This document shows positions 48,762-52,318 of a stretch of 52,318 nt of DNA, in pieces. The stretch is from Candidatus Paceibacter sp. (GTDB taxonomy: Bacteria; Patescibacteriota; Patescibacteriia; S139-126): contig DYGA01000006.1 in the NCBI GenBank assembly GCA_020724865.1, positions 1-52,318 of the forward strand. The letters run 5' to 3'. The first letter of the stretch is position 1, and every line of letters starts with the position of its first letter. Both the position numbers and the translations under genes were made by a program. Under the pieces are notes generated by a model, which was given only the letters and a program-made list of their open reading frames with translations, was not told the DNA's origin and did no database searches.

Positions 48762-49475
48762 TTATTTTTTACTTATATTAATTAATTCTACCCAAGTTTC
48801 GTATGGCACAACTCCTTCTAATTTTTGACCGTTGATAAAAAATGTAGGTGTTGCTCTAACTCCTAAATCATAAGCATCACTCATATCCTGTTGCACTTCA
48901 TTTCTATATTTACCTATTTCTAAACAATTGGTAAATTTTTCTAAATCTAGATTTAATCTTTGCGCGTAGATTAATAAATAACCTAAATCGAGCTTATCTT
49001 GATTTTGAAATAACAAATCATGATATTCCCAAAACTTTTCTTGATCAAAGGCGCATTGTGCAGCTTCAGCAGCCAATTGAGCTTGCGGATGAATATCAAT
49101 AATAGGAAAATCCCGATATATAAAATAAACATCATTAGGATAAGATCTTAATAATTGCCTGATTATCGAGTGGGCCTGAGCACAATAAGGACATTGAAAA
49201 TCAGAAAATTCAACAATTTGTAATGGGGCCTGAGGATTTCCTAAACTAGGATCTGTGCTACTGTACATTTTTTCATAGCTGACTGACTGATCGGAGTTGA
49301 ACTGGGAGATATCAACTTTGCGTGAATTTAAATAAGCTAATAATATAGATATGGCTACCCAAATCAAACATATAAAAATTAAAAATATAATAAACCAAAA
49401 ACGCCAATATTGATAAAATTTTCTTTTAGTTAATTTGTTTTCAGTTTGGTTGTTTGTCTGATTTATATTATCCAT
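48762..49475 (-). CDS. DsbA family thioredoxin-fold oxidoreductase
   Basis: TM anchor; EFSDFQCPYC, ATPTFFING. Confidence 0.9.
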   Translation of the reverse strand: MDNINQTNNQTENKLTKRKFYQYWRFWFIIFLIFICLIWVAISILLAYLNSRKVDISQFNSDQSVSYEKMYSSTDPSLGNPQAPLQIVEFSDFQCPYCAQAHSIIRQLLRSYPNDVYFIYRDFPIIDIHPQAQLAAEAAQCAFDQEKFWEYHDLLFQNQDKLDLGYLLIYAQRLNLDLEKFTNCLEIGKYRNEVQQDMSDAYDLGVRATPTFFINGQKLEGVVPYETWVELINISKK

Positions 49476-49481
49476 TATTTA

Positions 49482-49490
49482 ATTATACCA
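49482..49490 (-). promoter_or_regulatory. Extended -10 promoter, likely leaderless
   Basis: Minus strand TGG-TATAAT, 6 nt, ATG at 49475. Confidence 0.6.
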
Positions 49491-49529
49491 AATTTTGCTT
49501 CCCTAAGCACATTATAAAATTTATCTAAC

Positions 49530-49558
49530 AAACCCCCCAGCTAAGAGCTGGGGGGTTT
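49530..49558 (-). terminator. Terminator between the two DsbA genes
   Basis: aaaccccccagct-aag-agctggggggttt. Confidence 0.85.
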
Positions 49559-49568
49559 TAAATACAAA

Positions 49569-50336
49569 TTAATTTTGTAACAGTGGATCTAAAATTGATT
49601 TCACATTGGCAAGAGGTAAAGCTCCGTTGATGGGCACCTTTTTCCCATCTCGGGTTATGGCAATTGAATAAGGTGTCCCCTGTCCACCACTATTAATAGC
49701 ATCTTGGTATTGACTTTGCACTTTATCTTTATAAGTTCCATCATTTAAACACTTGTTAAAGCTGGCTTCATTAACACCAACGTCTTTAGCAAAACCAACT
49801 AAATCATCAACACTTTCGCTATATAAACGATCAAGGTAAGTCCAAAAAGCTTCATTTCCGCCCAAAGCTGCTACACATTCAGAGGCCTCAGCTTTTTTTC
49901 TCGCTTCCGGATGAAGTGAATCAAGGGGAAAATGTCTATACACCCAAGCTACTTTACCTTGATATTCATCTAAGATTTGTTGCATAGTGGGATGAAATCT
50001 TTGGCAAAACGGACAATCAATATCAGAGTATTCAACAATTACTACCTGAGCAGTTTCAACATTTCCTCGAATATGGTCTTCTGTAGTAATCGGAGAATTA
50101 TTTATTTCTCCTGATGTGCCTGTGCCGGTATTAGTACCAGCTGTCGGAGCATTGTCTGTCGGCTGATTAAAATCAGCTAACAATTTATCATTGGTTTTAG
50201 CAGTTTTAGCTACACCATCGGTAAAGAGTAACCAAAAAAATCCAATACTGAAAATTATTAGCAATGTGGTTACAATGCCAAAAACAAATGATTTACCTGG
50301 ACCTAAGTATTCAAACAAATTTGGTTTTTTATCCAT
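49569..50336 (-). CDS. DsbA family thioredoxin-fold oxidoreductase
   Basis: TM anchor; DHIRG, EYSDIDCPFC, YRHFPL, GTP. Confidence 0.9.
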   Translation of the reverse strand: MDKKPNLFEYLGPGKSFVFGIVTTLLIIFSIGFFWLLFTDGVAKTAKTNDKLLADFNQPTDNAPTAGTNTGTGTSGEINNSPITTEDHIRGNVETAQVVIVEYSDIDCPFCQRFHPTMQQILDEYQGKVAWVYRHFPLDSLHPEARKKAEASECVAALGGNEAFWTYLDRLYSESVDDLVGFAKDVGVNEASFNKCLNDGTYKDKVQSQYQDAINSGGQGTPYSIAITRDGKKVPINGALPLANVKSILDPLLQN

Positions 50337-50387
50337 ATATTATAAAAAAGTTAATTATAAAAAACTAAAATAATCATAACAAAAAAA

Positions 50388-51437
50388 TCAATTGGGCACA
50401 ATATTACTTGTAGACGTTACAAAAATTGTCTGAGGTAAGATTCTTCCCGCTTCAATAACTGGCACAATAACAATTTTCAAAAGAACTGATTTATTAAAAT
50501 TTTCAGATAAATAACTAGATAATTCTGAAACTTGAGATTGACTGATTACTTGATCGCTACGTAACGTTACGTTGACATGTAAAATTTTATCGATTTCTTT
50601 TATTTCTAAATCAGATAATTTTGCATTAGGCATTTGAACTTCTAATACCTGTTTTACAACTTTAAATCTTTTCTCTTCGGTGATAGTACGGCTAGTTATA
50701 AAATACAAAGGTATTAAAACGATTAAAAACAAAAGTCCAAACCAACGAATATTTGATCTTCTGACTTCTTTGCCTTCAACCGTCGAAGGACCGCGAAATT
50801 TAACCAATAAAAATAAAACCCCGGCAGAAAATATAATGGCAACTAAATTTGATAGAAACAAAAGTAAACTTCCACCAGCTGAAGTTATATCATTTTGTGA
50901 TAAAGCTAATCCGGTTACAGCCAACGGAGGCACCAAAGCAGCTGCCACCACTACACCAGCCATAGCATTACCCAGTTTTGGATAAGAAATTACAAACGCC
51001 CCAACAAAACCTGAAGCTAAAGCTATAAACAATTCATAAAGTGTGGGATGGGTCCGAGAAATTATTTCCTGACCACTGTTGATATGTGGTAAGAACAGAC
51101 CAATCACTAAAGAAACAATAAAAATAATTACAACAGATTTAATCAAAGTAAATAAAGCTTTCTCAAATATATTTCCCCGCCCCATTAATATTGCCAGAGA
51201 CATTAAAAAAATGGGCCAAACCAAAGGAGCTATCAACATACCGCCAATAACCACTGCAGCAGAATCTATTATTAATCCTAAAGTAATAATAATTGCCGAA
51301 AAAAAACTCAAAATATAAAAATCAAAATCACCCTTAGCATTTTCTTTTATTTGCTCATAAACTTTACTTTGTCGATCGGAAGTAATACGAAAAGATTGCA
51401 TGGACAAAAAATTAGAAAAAATTTTTGGCAAAATCAT
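50388..51437 (-). CDS. DUF389 / TIGR00341 membrane protein
   Basis: DSAAVVIGGMLIAPL, EIISRT-x-P, GVVVAAALVPPL. Confidence 0.88.
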   Translation of the reverse strand: MILPKIFSNFLSMQSFRITSDRQSKVYEQIKENAKGDFDFYILSFFSAIIITLGLIIDSAAVVIGGMLIAPLVWPIFLMSLAILMGRGNIFEKALFTLIKSVVIIFIVSLVIGLFLPHINSGQEIISRTHPTLYELFIALASGFVGAFVISYPKLGNAMAGVVVAAALVPPLAVTGLALSQNDITSAGGSLLLFLSNLVAIIFSAGVLFLLVKFRGPSTVEGKEVRRSNIRWFGLLFLIVLIPLYFITSRTITEEKRFKVVKQVLEVQMPNAKLSDLEIKEIDKILHVNVTLRSDQVISQSQVSELSSYLSENFNKSVLLKIVIVPVIEAGRILPQTIFVTSTSNIVPN

Positions 51438-51444
51438 GATTTTA

Positions 51445-51453
51445 ATTATAACA
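51445..51453 (-). promoter_or_regulatory. Extended -10 promoter, likely leaderless
   Basis: Minus strand TGT-TATAAT, 7 nt, ATG at 51437. Confidence 0.55.
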
Positions 51454-51654
51454 ATGTTTTCCTAGATACAAATTAAAAAAATTCTATTTAAAATATTTAA
51501 AATTTATTAAATTATTAAATGATAGAGCTACTATAATATTACTTAACTATTACTCCATCATAATCAGACTATAGAATCTGTCTGACTAATAAAAATATGT
51601 AAGGAATAAAAACTGGTAACAAAATTTTGTCGTAACTTTAAATTAGTAGCCTTT

Positions 51655-52200
51655 TTAAAAATTTATTTTCTTGTCTTTAATATATTCCCTGGCAAGTTTA
51701 GCCCGTTCAATAAATATATTTATATAATCTATCAATTTTTCATATTCTGACTTTATGTCTCTATCAACAGCATAATTGCCAAAATTTTTATAATCTAACC
51801 TTTCATTGATAATCCAATCTTTTTTTTCTTCTAATAAAGGTATAATTTCCAGCAACCTTAAATCTAAACTGTCAATATAGTCAATAAATTCTTCATCAGA
51901 CAATAATTCCTGCATTCTTTCTAGACGATCTGTTAATTGTTCAGGTGTAAACAAAAAAGCACCGACTAATTCGTCATTTAAAATATCTGATAAACCTGAT
52001 TCTAAAAAAATTTTTTCATCCAAATCTTTCAACGCTTTTTCTCTGGCTGGACTTTTAAAATAGGATAATTCATTCTTTATATCTTCGTCCGGGGTAATTT
52101 CTTCTCTTTTTGTAATTCTACCCATTGGATTAACCTCATAAGATCCCTTGCCTATGGGCTTAGATTTAAAAAAATTATTCATTTTTTCTTTATTTGACAT
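51655..52200 (-). CDS. Hypothetical acidic protein
   Basis: 181-aa ORF, no recognisable motif. Confidence 0.6.
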   Translation of the reverse strand: MSNKEKMNNFFKSKPIGKGSYEVNPMGRITKREEITPDEDIKNELSYFKSPAREKALKDLDEKIFLESGLSDILNDELVGAFLFTPEQLTDRLERMQELLSDEEFIDYIDSLDLRLLEIIPLLEEKKDWIINERLDYKNFGNYAVDRDIKSEYEKLIDYINIFIERAKLAREYIKDKKINF

Positions 52201-52243
52201 TGATTTTTATAAAAATTCTTATAATATTAATATATCTTACTTT

Positions 52244-52318
52244 GCCGGTATCGTCTAACGGTTAGGACGCCAGGTTCTCATCCTGGTAATCGGGGTTCGA
52301 TTCCCCGTACCGGTACCA
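52244..52318 (+). tRNA. tRNA-Glu (anticodon CUC)
   Basis: GCCGGTA TC GTCTAACGGTTAGGAC G CCAGG TTCTCAT CCTGG TAAT CGGGG TTCGATT CCCCG TACCGGT A CCA. Confidence 0.96.

Noticed and set aside
2133-51318. Many short antisense ORFs in the track (e.g. 2133..2462, 20284..20625, 29969..30445, 42347..42679, 50680..50985)
   Set aside because: They lie fully opposite well-supported genes and have no motifs; this is the expected antisense shadow.
1-52318. CRISPR array, rRNA, DGR/retron, or genetic code 25
   Set aside because: No spaced direct repeats, rRNA-like segments or reverse transcriptase were seen. The IR arms show no adenine-specific mismatches. TGA acts as a stop in ATGA overlaps (e.g. proS, HAD, EamA).

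Overview
AT-rich genomic window that looks like a Patescibacteria/CPR (Parcubacteria-like) bacterium using genetic code 11, with almost all genes on the minus strand. The left end is a GC-richer large serine recombinase (270..1799) whose ORF runs antisense through tRNA-Gln(CUG). It is bracketed by a perfect 124-bp inverted repeat (49..172 / 1619..1742), and the left copy carries an alternative in-frame C-terminus. Next come dnaX, a fused VirB4/VirD4/HerA-like ATPase, corA, cysS, mreBCD-mrdA, proS, rseP, frr, holB and a second mreB. These are followed by a glycosyltransferase/flippase/O-antigen-ligase-like locus, an infA-rpmJ-rpsMKD-rpoA-rplQ-rplM-rpsI operon whose RpoA lacks the alpha-CTD, then alaS, mnmA and uppP. 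A complete archaeal-type AMP salvage cluster (R15P isomerase, HAD phosphatase, form III-type RuBisCO, AMP phosphorylase) lies directly downstream of a sigma4-HTH gene and a split copy of the same ATPase system. The window ends with bcp, an EamA transporter, PGI/PMI, two DsbA genes, DUF389 and tRNA-Glu(CUC). Several operon-leading genes look leaderless. All calls come from motif recognition by eye; no database searches were run.
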